A stretch of 64,000 bases of DNA. Source: Nemertoderma westbladi. Taxonomy: Eukaryota > Animalia > Xenacoelomorpha. This document shows, piece by piece, positions 14,993 through 26,869 of this stretch. Each line of letters opens with the position of its first letter. Positions within the stretch are counted from its first letter, which is position 1. The stretch spans positions 1-64,000 of the forward strand of contig JAUCBJ010005741.1 in assembly GCA_032718475.1 (NCBI GenBank), read 5' to 3'. Under the pieces are notes generated by a model. It ran no database searches and was not told where the DNA came from. It worked only from the letters and a program-made list of their open reading frames with translations. Both the position numbers and the translations under genes were made by a program.

Positions 14993-15058
14993 ATCTTTGG
15001 TGTTGTTCTAGCTTGTTGCCTCATCAGAAGCATAGGAGAATACGAGCATGTTGCTTAA
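14993..15058 (+). CDS. Candidate CD63-like tetraspanin terminal exon C: IFGVVLACCLIRSIGEYEHVA*
   Basis: Strong acceptor TTTTTTTCACAG, phase 0. Resembles the CD63 C-terminus (ACCL..SI..GYEVM) and has a YxxPhi motif (YEHV). Confidence 0.8.
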   Translation: MFGVVLACCLIRSIGEYEHVA

Positions 15059-16853
15059 AGGATAATTACACCGGTAGCTAAAGGAAAGTGAAACCATTAA
15101 TTGTTTGTTTTGGGTTTATTAACTGCTTATATTAAATACCAAGTGCGTACTTAGTGGTTCATATTTATCAATCAATGTCTAGTTAGTGTATTTCTATTAA
15201 TTCAGTAATTTATAATCATGTACCCGAGCCTTTACTGCTAAGCTAGCCTTTGGTGATTTTAGCCTACTTAGGAGATCTTCAATTATCATTATTTTCACAG
15301 ATAACTGATATTGTAATCTTTAAAGGTGAATAATAATTGTTAATTATTAATTGGAATTGATTATGATTAGAGAGATGATATTGTGAAAGTATTGGCAACT
15401 TAAATGCTCTATAATACTACCTGATATGCAGTGTTTTTTTGCTATTTTTCATGAATTCTGTCAAATTTGTTATTTTTAGGCCTACTAAATACCTCGCTAG
15501 TACGTAGGTTTTTTCTCTGCAGCTTTTGTAAATGGCACATACGGAAATAAATTTTCTTTGTTAGCATATTGCATTCTACTATAAATTAAATAATACGACT
15601 CGACTGTTCCCGGTGTATTTTTGTCTTGCGGTGTTTTATTTCGGTTGCGGTAAGATTCTACTTATTTTGGTGTTTCTGCAGTTGCGTTGCAATTTCTTGA
15701 GTTTCTGAAAGTTTTCTGCAATGGAGTGTTTCGCACAATATGGATATGTGCTGGAAATTTGCGTCACTAACATCCCATTTTTTTTCCCACTCCATTCCCA
15801 ATGCAGTGCATATCACAACGCTCTGACCCCTACCCTACCTAGACCCTAACTACTATGCTATGCAGCCCCGTCCACCACCCCACTATAAAAACACCTAGAT
15901 CAAAAATGATTTGGCACCTATTACTGTGTCTTTCTCCAACTTCACTCAGCACCTACGTAACACAACTTATTAGTACTTGATATTAACTTAGGATTAACTT
16001 ATTACCCACCACCCGAAATATTATATTACTGTTATTTTTTCATTTATTGTTACATAATGTTCCTTATGTGTTCCGCCCTTTAACACGGATAAATGATAGC
16101 GTGGACGTTGACTTTGTGTATCAGTAGTTTATTCCGGTTAAAGTATTCTTTAACAACGGTTTGTGAAGTGTATAAGGTTATATATTTGGTAAATTACAAT
16201 CGTAAAATATTAAATAATGTGCCATATTATAGTTATAAATTCAAGCTAAATAGATCCCACGGTCAGCTAACACTTCGGGATAAATATATTTATCGCTTAA
16301 TTTCGCTTATTATTAAATCGGATAATGTTTCTTATCTTAAAGTATTTTCCTGTTTTATGTTAATAATTTGTAATATTAATTGGAGATTAGAAGAGTTTTT
16401 ATTACTGGTACAGATAATCCGCACATAATAATTAGCTCACTGCTTTATTATGATTAAATATACATTTAGGATACAAATTATATCTATAATAATAACTATA
16501 AGTACTTATCTTGTGCATGCATTGTGATTGGTCATTTTGTTTAAACTTCCATCGCCATTTTATTATAATCTTTTCAGGTTGTTTGCATCATTTTTTAACT
16601 TCAAAAGGTTCTGCATTGTTTTAACTCCGATGAAAGGAGCACTGGGATCTGGGTTGAGGCTGTTACTAAATGGTTATTGAGAGTAGGAATGAATGTACGA
16701 GTTGTCATGATGAATTCGGTTCTCTGTTCAGACGAACTCCACAGCGTGTAGAACAGAAAGTCGATACTCATTATCAGCAGTGAGTGATTGTAAATGTAGA
16801 ACTTATGCGATCTGTACTAATAATCCCAAGTAAAATAATAATTAAAATACCCT

Positions 16854-19169
16854 TTAAATTCCCAGTTTTTTCATCAACCCACTGCTTGACTTTCTCCGTA
16901 GTTTGTTTCTCTGTCTCGCTTCGTCCTCCCCAAAGAATATGATGGCCTTGTGGTGCGCGGTTTGACTGACGTCCAGCTTGGTTATAGTTGAGTTCCGCAG
17001 CACCAACCCATAGGTACCCGGAACAGTTACCATCGGTCTCGCGTAATCCATTAGATGAATCTTTCTATTTTTATCACCGAGCTCTTGTTCCATTATTAGC
17101 ACCATTTTACCCCATTGCCGCTGCCATTCCTTACGCGTTTCATTAACGGTTATATAAGTATTTCCCATCATCGCAATTAACATGTTTATGAGGAGCACAG
17201 TAACAAATAACATGTAAAATACAAAGGCCATTTTACCAACATATTCATTAATAGTCCCTTGTAATGATTGGTAAATATCCTCGAATTCTCCTAAAGACAT
17301 TATATACATCTGTAAGATAGCGTCGTACCATTGTTGGAAAGGTGAATCTGGCAGGTTTAATACCGGATCGCCAGAATGGAGTATGAACATTACCTGTGAG
17401 AAAGCCATTAGGAATATCACGTAGATGAGAAGGAACCTGGCGATATCAACTCGAATCATTTTACCAATCATATAGACGATTGGACCGAGATGTCTGTTAC
17501 CTCGACAGTAAAATAGTATGCTAGGTGCGAAACAGAGAGCTGCCAGATTAATAACTATGGTTTCCCCAACAGGTTCACAGGCCAGACGCATGGGAACAGC
17601 AGACGTAATGAGAACACAGAAAATGAAAAGAATAAATCTATTAGTAAGTTCTCGAACCTGCCATATGAACATATATATACCAAGTTTGACAAGCTGACGA
17701 ATTTGTACCAATGTTGCTAATAACACTATGGTCACAGTCATAACCTCTAATATAAGTCGTATGATATTTAAAGTCCCTTCTGTTGCATTGTAGATGTAGC
17801 AGGCGTCGTATTTGTCCCCTGGTTTAGGATGATCTGGTCGAAGAAAAAAACATGTGGCAAAACTGATTCCCATTAACAAAAATAGGAATACACGAAATAG
17901 AAAGTTTCCTCTCACGTATATATCCCACTTCACCTGCAATAGATGCATCAACATTCCATCCAACATATCCAAATGGACGCTTTCCTTGCTCTCCAGCACA
18001 ATGCGCAGAGCTGATTCGGTCCGGTCGATTTTAACTTCCCCCTCCGGTGTCAGACTATCGACCTCAGTGAGAGGATAGGCAGCAGCACGGACGTCCACAT
18101 ACTCCCATAGCGTTTCACTTTGTAGTTCTAGAATGTGCTGAAACATGTCTTTGCGTCCCAAATGGGCGGCTAGAGTCAAAGGCGTGAATCCGGCTATATT
18201 CTTGATTTTGATATCGGCTTTAAACTCGTGGTATAGAACATCGAACATCTTTATCCCATCATGTACGACCAACATGTGCATCGTCGTATTACCATTAGCA
18301 TCTTGCATGTTTGGGCTGGCGGGCTTCTTACAGTTTAGCAGCCACCTAACGCATTCTTCTTGGCCGAGACAAGCAGCAAATGATAATGGAAACTCCCCCC
18401 AGTGTGTCAGACCCCTGTAGTTTGATTGGACTTTATCGAAATCAGTCCACTCGTGATCCCAACTGTCCTTTCTATTGGTTTTCAAATCGTCCGGTGCGAA
18501 AAAACGACCTGTACAGCGTTCATTAGCATCGCTACCTTTATCCAACAAAAGCTTCACCATAGCAGGATCACCGTTAACGATGGCAAAATGTAGAGCAGTT
18601 TCTCCATAGAACTCGTCGCTTTGGTAAATATCTAGACAGAGCTTCGGGAAGTAGTGTAACAATCGTTTAGCTATCTCCCGATATATGTAGGTCGAGTTGA
18701 GAAGACACAAATGTAAAGGTGTTTCACCAACGGCCCCACGACACGAGACTTTCCAACAAACCTCCCTGAATTCATCCTTCAGCGCGCAACCAGGGGGTGC
18801 CTCGTCGGCTGTCGAGGATTCTCCCTCCTTTTCTTTATCATGAGACAGACCGTTATCTCCACGCTCCTTTCGGCGCATTTTCACCAAGATAGACTTTTCG
18901 ATGAATTTACCTTCTCCATCATTGTAAAGATATTTAACGATTTCATTCTGAATAAAGTCATCAATTTCAGAATAATCTATTTGGAATCCTTTTCGAGTAA
19001 GTATTGCCTTGCGCATTAAGTCAACTAATATTCCTCGCCCCTTAACATCTAAAATGCTGTAAACTTCATCAGTTGCTTCAAATTGATGAAGGACCTTTTT
19101 ATCTTCGACCCTTTCTGTCCTAGCGGGGTGTGTCTTTGGTTGTCTGCTGGATGAACTTATGTTACCCAT
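16854..19169 (-). CDS. TRPV cation channel, Nanchung/OCR-like, single-exon ORF of 771 aa
   Basis: Ankyrin repeats (RGAVGETPLHLCLLN, FYGETALHFAIVN, GEFPLSFAACLG, GFTPLTLAAHLG), hydrophobic TM segments, pore MSLGEF, S6 LLINMLIAMMGNTY, TRP-box-like EWQRQW and an MGNxxS N-terminus. Confidence 0.93.
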   Translation of the reverse strand: MGNISSSSRQPKTHPARTERVEDKKVLHQFEATDEVYSILDVKGRGILVDLMRKAILTRKGFQIDYSEIDDFIQNEIVKYLYNDGEGKFIEKSILVKMRRKERGDNGLSHDKEKEGESSTADEAPPGCALKDEFREVCWKVSCRGAVGETPLHLCLLNSTYIYREIAKRLLHYFPKLCLDIYQSDEFYGETALHFAIVNGDPAMVKLLLDKGSDANERCTGRFFAPDDLKTNRKDSWDHEWTDFDKVQSNYRGLTHWGEFPLSFAACLGQEECVRWLLNCKKPASPNMQDANGNTTMHMLVVHDGIKMFDVLYHEFKADIKIKNIAGFTPLTLAAHLGRKDMFQHILELQSETLWEYVDVRAAAYPLTEVDSLTPEGEVKIDRTESALRIVLESKESVHLDMLDGMLMHLLQVKWDIYVRGNFLFRVFLFLLMGISFATCFFLRPDHPKPGDKYDACYIYNATEGTLNIIRLILEVMTVTIVLLATLVQIRQLVKLGIYMFIWQVRELTNRFILFIFCVLITSAVPMRLACEPVGETIVINLAALCFAPSILFYCRGNRHLGPIVYMIGKMIRVDIARFLLIYVIFLMAFSQVMFILHSGDPVLNLPDSPFQQWYDAILQMYIMSLGEFEDIYQSLQGTINEYVGKMAFVFYMLFVTVLLINMLIAMMGNTYITVNETRKEWQRQWGKMVLIMEQELGDKNRKIHLMDYARPMVTVPGTYGLVLRNSTITKLDVSQTAHHKAIIFFGEDEARQRNKLRRKSSSGLMKKLGI

Positions 19170-19319
19170 GACACATTCTGTTTAGAAGCGCTTCTCTGTG
19201 ACCATACTAAATAATTGTAAACGTATTAAATGCGTTTACATTGTACCTTAAAATTAATAGCTATTAAATATTATAAGTGGTCAGATTTTAAATTGGAACA
19301 TCAAGATGTTTCAATATAC

Positions 19320-19520
19320 TGAACCCGCCTATTCACCCATGACATTTGCTAGATCATCCGCATATTTAAGGCCAGTGTCCTTTAAGATGCGTCTCAAGAA
19401 AGTCATGGGCTGTCCACCATGCTTATTCACTCCATGAGGCTGCCAAAGTATAAGATTATGCACTGGCTGGTCCTCACGGCGAAAGCAATGTCCTGCAAAG
19501 CGGAGGCGATTTTGTTCTAA
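19320..19520 (-). mobile_element. 5'-truncated RTE-type LINE fragment (3' end of ORF)
   Basis: The reverse complement reads RLRFAGHCFRREDQPVHNLILWQPHG..LKDTGLKYADDLANVMG and closely matches 40530-40715. Confidence 0.8.
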
Positions 19521-19539
19521 AATGCTTAATGCTTAATAA

Positions 19540-21594
19540 TGCTTACACAGTTGAAGTTCAAAACCGCTTTGAAGCACTTCAGTCAATGGATGAAGACCAA
19601 TCCACCGATTCAATATAACAGAATATAATAACAGCCCACAAGGAATCAGCTATGAGGCATATCCCCCAGAAACCCAAACGAAACAGTATGTGCCATGGCA
19701 AAACTCTGAGGTTACTTGTAAGAGAGAAGATCTTAAGATAGCCTACAAAGTTAAAACCGAACAACCAACAACCGAAAACATTAACAAGGTTGAGAAAGCT
19801 AAGGACGATCTTAAATTGGCCTACAACATCAGCCAGGAAAAGTACATACAGGATAAAATTGAAGCAATTACAACTGCTCACATACAGCAACAATCAAGAC
19901 TTACCTGGCAAACTGTAAATGAGGTATCTGGTCGGAAAAGTTGTGCAAAGGGGCGCCTCAAAGCCGAGAGTCCTGAAGAACGTGTTGGGAAGTGTAAAAA
20001 TCACTTCAGCAACATGCTTGGGCAGCCACCAAACATCGAGGTCAGCCCTACAAGGAAAATATATGACAAGACACTACCTATATAGAAACAGGGGACTTCA
20101 CACCTGCCGAACTCCAAAGAAGCATTAAAAGCATTTCCAATAATAAAGCGAGTGGATTAGATGAAACCCCAGCGGAGGTATGGAAAACCGGAGTGCTAAA
20201 CAGACCATTATTGAATGTTTGCAACCGGATGTTAAAAGGGGAAAATCCACCACCAATTTGGACTAAAGGTCAACTAAAGCCTCTCCCCAGGAAAGGAGAC
20301 CTCGGCATACCGAAAAACTATCGTGGGATCTGTCTGCTTTGTGGTAGCTGCCAAAGTATACAATGAAATAATTCTATATAGGATTAGGCCTCACATAGAG
20401 AAACTACTGCGTAAGAGCCAAAATGGATTTCGACCAAGTAGATCAACAATAGCTCAGATACTTGCATTACGGAGACTGATTGAAAGAATTAAGTCAAAGA
20501 ATCTCCCCGCAGTCATGACTTTTGTGGACATCAAGAAGGCATGCATTCGACTCCATCCATAGAGGTAAAATGCTTGAAATCCTAAGAGCTTATGGAATAC
20601 CAGAAGTAATTGTTGCTGGCATTGGATTGTTCTATTGTGACACAGAATCGCAGGTACTCTCACGAGATGGTGAAACTGAGTTTTCCTCAATCCTGGCTGG
20701 CGTACTGCAAGGTGACACATTAGCACCATTACAATTTGTAATTGTGCTGGATTACGCAATGAGGACGGTCACAAAGGGTGACGATTTTGGATTCACACTT
20801 CAAGAACGCAGAAGTAGTAGATATCCGGCAACTACAGTCACAGACACCGACTTTGCGGATGACATCGCCCTGCTCTCTAATACTCTAGCAGATCCACTAA
20901 ATAAAGTGGAGAGGGCTGCTAAGGAGGTTGTATTTCATATAAATGCTACCAAAACCGAATTCATGACCTTTAATGTTGATGGAAACTTGACAACCATTGA
21001 TAATAATCAACTAAGGAAGGTCGACGACTTCCAGTACCTTGGATCATGGATAGGGAGTAGCAAACGGGACATAGAAGTTAGGAAAGCAAAGGCTTGGGTA
21101 GCTCGATCAAAAAAGGATACCATCTGGAAATCAGATCTCTCCAGGCACCTGAAGACTAAGTTCTTTCGAACCACAGTGGAACGTGTATTTTTATACGGGG
21201 GTGAGACCTGGACACTGACTAAATCACTTGATCAACGAATTGATGGTTGCTACACAAGACTACTAAGGGCAGCCCGAAACATCAGCTGGAGACAACACAT
21301 GACAAACGCCGAGCTTTATGGTACAATACCACCTGTATCAACCCCCTCCGTGAACGCAGATTAAGATTCAGTGGGCACTGCTGGTGAAGTGAAGACGAGG
21401 TCAACCAGATCTACTTTTCTGGCAACCAACTCATGGAAAGCGTAGTCGTGGACGACCGGCCATAACATATATAGATCAACTTGAAAGGGATACTAAACTT
21501 GGGAGAAACGAAATTGCGACAACTATGGAGAATCGGGAAGCCTGGAAGGATCTCATTTCCACTGTCCAAGTTCGCTCGACCTAGTAGTAGTAGT
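19540..21594 (+). mobile_element. 5'-truncated, frameshifted RTE-type LINE (reverse transcriptase pseudogene)
   Basis: QNGFRPSRST, AFDSIHR, GVLQGDTLAP, DFADDIALL, FQYLGS and RGRP motifs spread over broken ORFs. (TAG)4 tail at 21582-21593. Confidence 0.92.
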
Positions 21595-21788
21595 ACACCA
21601 TAGAGAACAAATATTATATTCGTAAATCGTGTTTAATTAGTACTTAATAAATAATAAACCTCGTATTATTTAGGGAAGGAATCGATTTACAAATATAGTA
21701 GTACGATTCTTGCCCGTTTAACAAATTAACAATATCTTATTTCCATCTAATTCGGCTCATTTACCTCCATATGTAGCCTCCTGTAGAG

Positions 21789-24700
21789 CTCGGTACATAA
21801 ATAGACCCTACACACTACACTCACTCGGTACATAAATAGGCCCTACACACTACACTCGGTACATAAATAGACCCTACACACTACACTCGGTACATAAATA
21901 GGCCCTACTCACTACACTCGGTACATAAATAGGCCCTACACACTACACTCGGTACATAAATAGGCCCTACTCACTACACTCGGTACATAAATAGGCCCTA
22001 CACACTACACTCGGTACATAAATAGACCCTACACACTACACTCGGTACATAAATAGGCCCTACTCACTACACTCGGTACATAAATAGGCCCTACACACTA
22101 CACTCGGTACATAATTAGGCCCTACACACTACACTCGGTACATAAATAGACCCTACACACTACACTCGGTACATAAATAGGCCCTACTCATTACACTCGG
22201 TACGTAAATAGGCCCTACACACTACACTCGGTACATAAATAGGCCCTACACACTACACTCGGTACATAAATAGGCCCTACACACTACACTCGGTACATAA
22301 ATAGGCCCTACTCATTACACTCGGTACGTAAATAGGCCCTACACACTACACTCGGTACATAAATAGGCCCTACACACTACACTCGGTACATAAATAGGCC
22401 CTACACACTACACTCGGTACATAAATAGACCCTACACACTACACTCGGTACGTAAATAGGCCCTACACACTACACTCGGTACATAAATAGGCCCTACACA
22501 CTACACTCGGTACATAAATAGGCCCTACACACTACACTCGGTACATAAATAGGCCCTACTCACTACACTCGGTACATAAATAGGCCCTACTCATTACACT
22601 CGGTACATAAATAGGCCCTACTCATTACACTCGGTACGTAAATAGGCCCTACACACTACATTCGGTACATAAATAGGCCCTACACACTACATTCGGTACA
22701 TAAATAGGCCATACACACTACACTCGGTACATAAATAGGCCCTACACACTACACTCGGTACATAAATAGGCCCTACACACTACACTCGGTACATAAATAG
22801 GCCCTACTCACTACACTCGGTACATAAATAGGCCCTACACACTACACTCGGTACATAAATAGGCCCTACACACTACACTCGGTACATAAATAGGCCCTAC
22901 TCACTACACTCGGTACATAAATAGACCCTACACACTACACTCGGGACATAAATAGACCCTACTCACTACACTCGGTACATAAATAGGCCCTACTCATTAC
23001 ACTCGGTACGTAAATAGGCCCTACACACTACATTCGGTACATAAATAGGCCCTACACACTACATTCGGTACATAAATAGGCCATACACACTACACTCGGT
23101 ACATAAATAGGCCCTACACACTACATTCGGTACATAAATAGGCCATACACACTACACTCGGTACATAAATAGGCCCTACACACTACATTCGGTACATAAA
23201 TAGGCCATACACACTACACTCGGTACATAAATAGGCCCTACACACTACACTCGGTACATAAATAGGCCCTACTCATTACACTCGGTACGTAAATAGGCCC
23301 TACACACTACATTCGGTACATAAATAGGCCATACACACTACACTCGGTACATAAATAGGCCCTACACACTACATTCGGTACATAAATAGGCCATACACAC
23401 TACACTCGGTACATAAATAGGCCCTACACACTACATTCGGTACATAAATAGGCCATACACACTACACTCGGGACATAAATAGGCCCTACTCACTACACTC
23501 GGTACATAAATAGGCCATACACACTACACTCGGTACATAAATAGGCCCTACACACTACATTCGGTACATAAATAGGCCATACACACTACATTCGGTACAT
23601 AAATAGGCCCTACTCATTACACTCGGTACGTAAATAGGCCCTACACACTACATTCGGTACATAAATAGGCCCTACACACTACATTCGGTACATAAATAGG
23701 CCATACACACTACACTCGGTACATAAATAGGCCCTACACACTACACTCGGTACATAAATAGGCCCTACACACTACACTCGGTACATAAATAGGCCCTACT
23801 CACTACACTCGGTACATAAATAGGCCCTACTCATTACACTCGGTACGTAAATAGGCCCTACACACTACATTCGGTACATAAATAGGCCATACACACTACA
23901 CTCGGTACATAAATAGGCCCTACACACTACATTCGGTACATAAATAGGCCATACACACTACACTCGGTACATAAATAGGCCCTACACACTACATTCGGTA
24001 CATAAATAGGCCATACACACTACACTCGGTACATAAATAGGCCCTACACACTACACTCGGTACATAAATAGGCCCTACTCACTACACTCGGTACATAAAT
24101 AGGCCCTACACACTACACTCGGTACATAAATAGGCCCTACTCATTACACTCGGTACGTAAATAGGCCCTACACACTACATTCGGTACATAAATAGGCCCT
24201 ACACACTACATTCGGTACATAAATAGGCCATACACACTACACTCGGGACATAAATAGGCCCTACTCACTACACTCGGTACATAAATAGGCCCTACACACT
24301 ACATTCGGTACATAAATAGGCCATACACACTACACTCGGTACATAAATAGGCCCTACTCATTACACTCGGTACGTAAATAGGCCCTACACACTACATTCG
24401 GTACATAAATAGGCCCTACACACTACATTCGGTACATAAATAGGCCATACACACTACACTCGGGACATAAATAGGCCCTACTCACTACACTCGGTACATA
24501 AATAGGCCCTACTCACTACACTCGGTACATAAATAGGCCCTACACACTACACTCGGGACATAAATAGGCCCTACTCACTACACTCGGTACATAAATAGGC
24601 CATACACACTACACTCGGTACATAAATAGGCCCTACACACTACATTCGGTACATAAATAGGCCATACACACTACACTCGGGACATAAATAGGCCCTACTC

Positions 24701-25672
24701 ACTACACTCGGTACATAAATAGGCCATACACACTACACTCGGTACATAAATAGGCCCTACTCACTACACTCGGTACATAAATAGGCCCTACACACTACAC
24801 TCGGTACATAAATAGGCCCTACTCACTACACTCGGTACATAAATAGGCCCTACACACTACATTCGGTACATAAATAGGCCATACACACTACACTCGGGAC
24901 ATAAATAGGCCCTACTCACTACACTCGGTACATAAATAGGCCATACACACTACATTCGGTACATAAATAGGCCCTACTCACTACACTCGGTACATAAATA
25001 GGCCCTACTCACTACACTCGGTACATAAATAGGCCCTACACACTACATTCGGTACATAAATAGGCCCTACTCACTACACTCGGTACATAAATAGGCCCTA
25101 CACACTACACTCGGGACATAAATAGGCCCTACTCACTACACTCGGTACATAAATAGGCCCTACACACTACATTCGGTACATAAATAGGCCCTACTCACTA
25201 CACTCGGTACATAAATAGGCCCTACACACTACACTCGGGACATAAATAGGCCCTACACACTACACTCGGGACATAAATAGGCCCTACTCACTACACTCGG
25301 TACATAAATAGGCCCTACTCACTACACTCGGTACATAAATAGGCCCTACACACTACATTCGGTACATAAATAGGCCATACACACTACACTCGGTATACAT
25401 AAATAGGCCCTACTCATTACACTCAGTACGTAAATAGGCCCTACACACTACACTCGGTACATAAATAGGCCCTACTCACTACATTCGGTACATAAATAGG
25501 CCATACACACTACACTCGGTACATAAATAGGCCCTACACACTACACTCGGGACATAAATAGGCCCTACTCACTACACTCGGTACATAAATAGGCCCTACA
25601 CACTACACTCGGTACATAAATAGGCCCTACACACTACACTCGGTACATAAATAGGCCCTACACACTAGACTC
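21789..25672. repeat. 31-bp satellite, ~125 copies
   Basis: Unit CTCGGTACATAAATAGGCCCTACACACTACA. Confidence 0.98.
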
Positions 25673-26869
25673 GTGTCACAATGCTGAATAAAGTGCTACT
25701 TTTCACACAATGATTTAAATAGTGTAGGCCTACGGAGATATTTTGAAATAGTTATAGAAAGTTGTAACATACAGTATCTCGCTACTACTACTATTACTAT
25801 ACTAGTTAAATATTCGAATACATTTACTTTAATCGTTTAATAGATTAATGAAAAGTTAACGCAATAATCTTACGTTGAATGGCTTATATATATGTTATTG
25901 GCATGGAACTCAATTAATTAATTCATTACTACTCCATATTGTTATTCGAATGTCGCACCATGGCAACTTGGCGTGAAACTTCACTATATAAATCTGGTCC
26001 TTGCACCGTCGTACTTCGACGCAATGTAGGTGGGATGCCTGCTGATGCCAGCCACCCCGCACACACCATTGGTTACTTGCCTTACACCTTTACACTTGCC
26101 CTATAAACAACACTGTATTGTTTTATTGCGGGTACACCCAGCCACCCCCCCCCCCCCCACAATTTTTTTGGATGATATTCCCTTAAAAGTCTTCACTTAA
26201 TTTTCTATATAAGTCTTAACAAAATCCCGAAGGGGGGTGACGCAAATCCTCAAGTAACAATAACTCCTATCTGATAATTATATTGAAGTCATTGGCTAAA
26301 CAGTTTTTGTGGGATTTTCCTGTAACATTTTCTTTAAATCCCTTCTAGTTAAGACTCATTCTAAGGCTCGACCAAATCTTATTCATGATAAATGGTGCAT
26401 CTATTGAATCGTTACTGTATCTAAAATATTAAAATTAATACTTTAAATTAATTAATTGTACACCCATAGAGAAATGTGATCGGGTGGCATTTTTATAATT
26501 TGTTATTGGTATTTTGTGTCAATGAGTGGTTTCATATTATTCGAACTTTCGTTAGGCACAGCTTTGCAAAGTCGGTAGTGACGTCCAGGTGGGATCGAAT
26601 TGGTGACCTTCGGGTTGGAAGTCTTTGCTAAGGAAAGTCTATACAAATTAAATGCATTTTAAAAATTAATAATTAATAATAATTGAAATTTATAAGTCAG
26701 GAAAATACTGTTTAATTCATGTATTATTACGTCCATACGGGACTGTGTGGGGATTATAGTTCTGGAAAACTTTAAAACTTTTTTTATTGGTGTAAATCTA
26801 CAATAATTAATCTGGGTTTCATATGCACCATTATTGTTACAAATAGTTAATAAATATGTATACAAAATT

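Noticed and set aside
16579-16599. Possible fourth tetraspanin last exon (TTTTCAG|VVCIIF*)
   Set aside because: It stops after six codons and lacks the CC/IR motif.
26578-26625. tRNA-like T-loop (TTCGATCC) on the minus strand
   Set aside because: No full cloverleaf. At most a decayed tRNA-SINE fragment.
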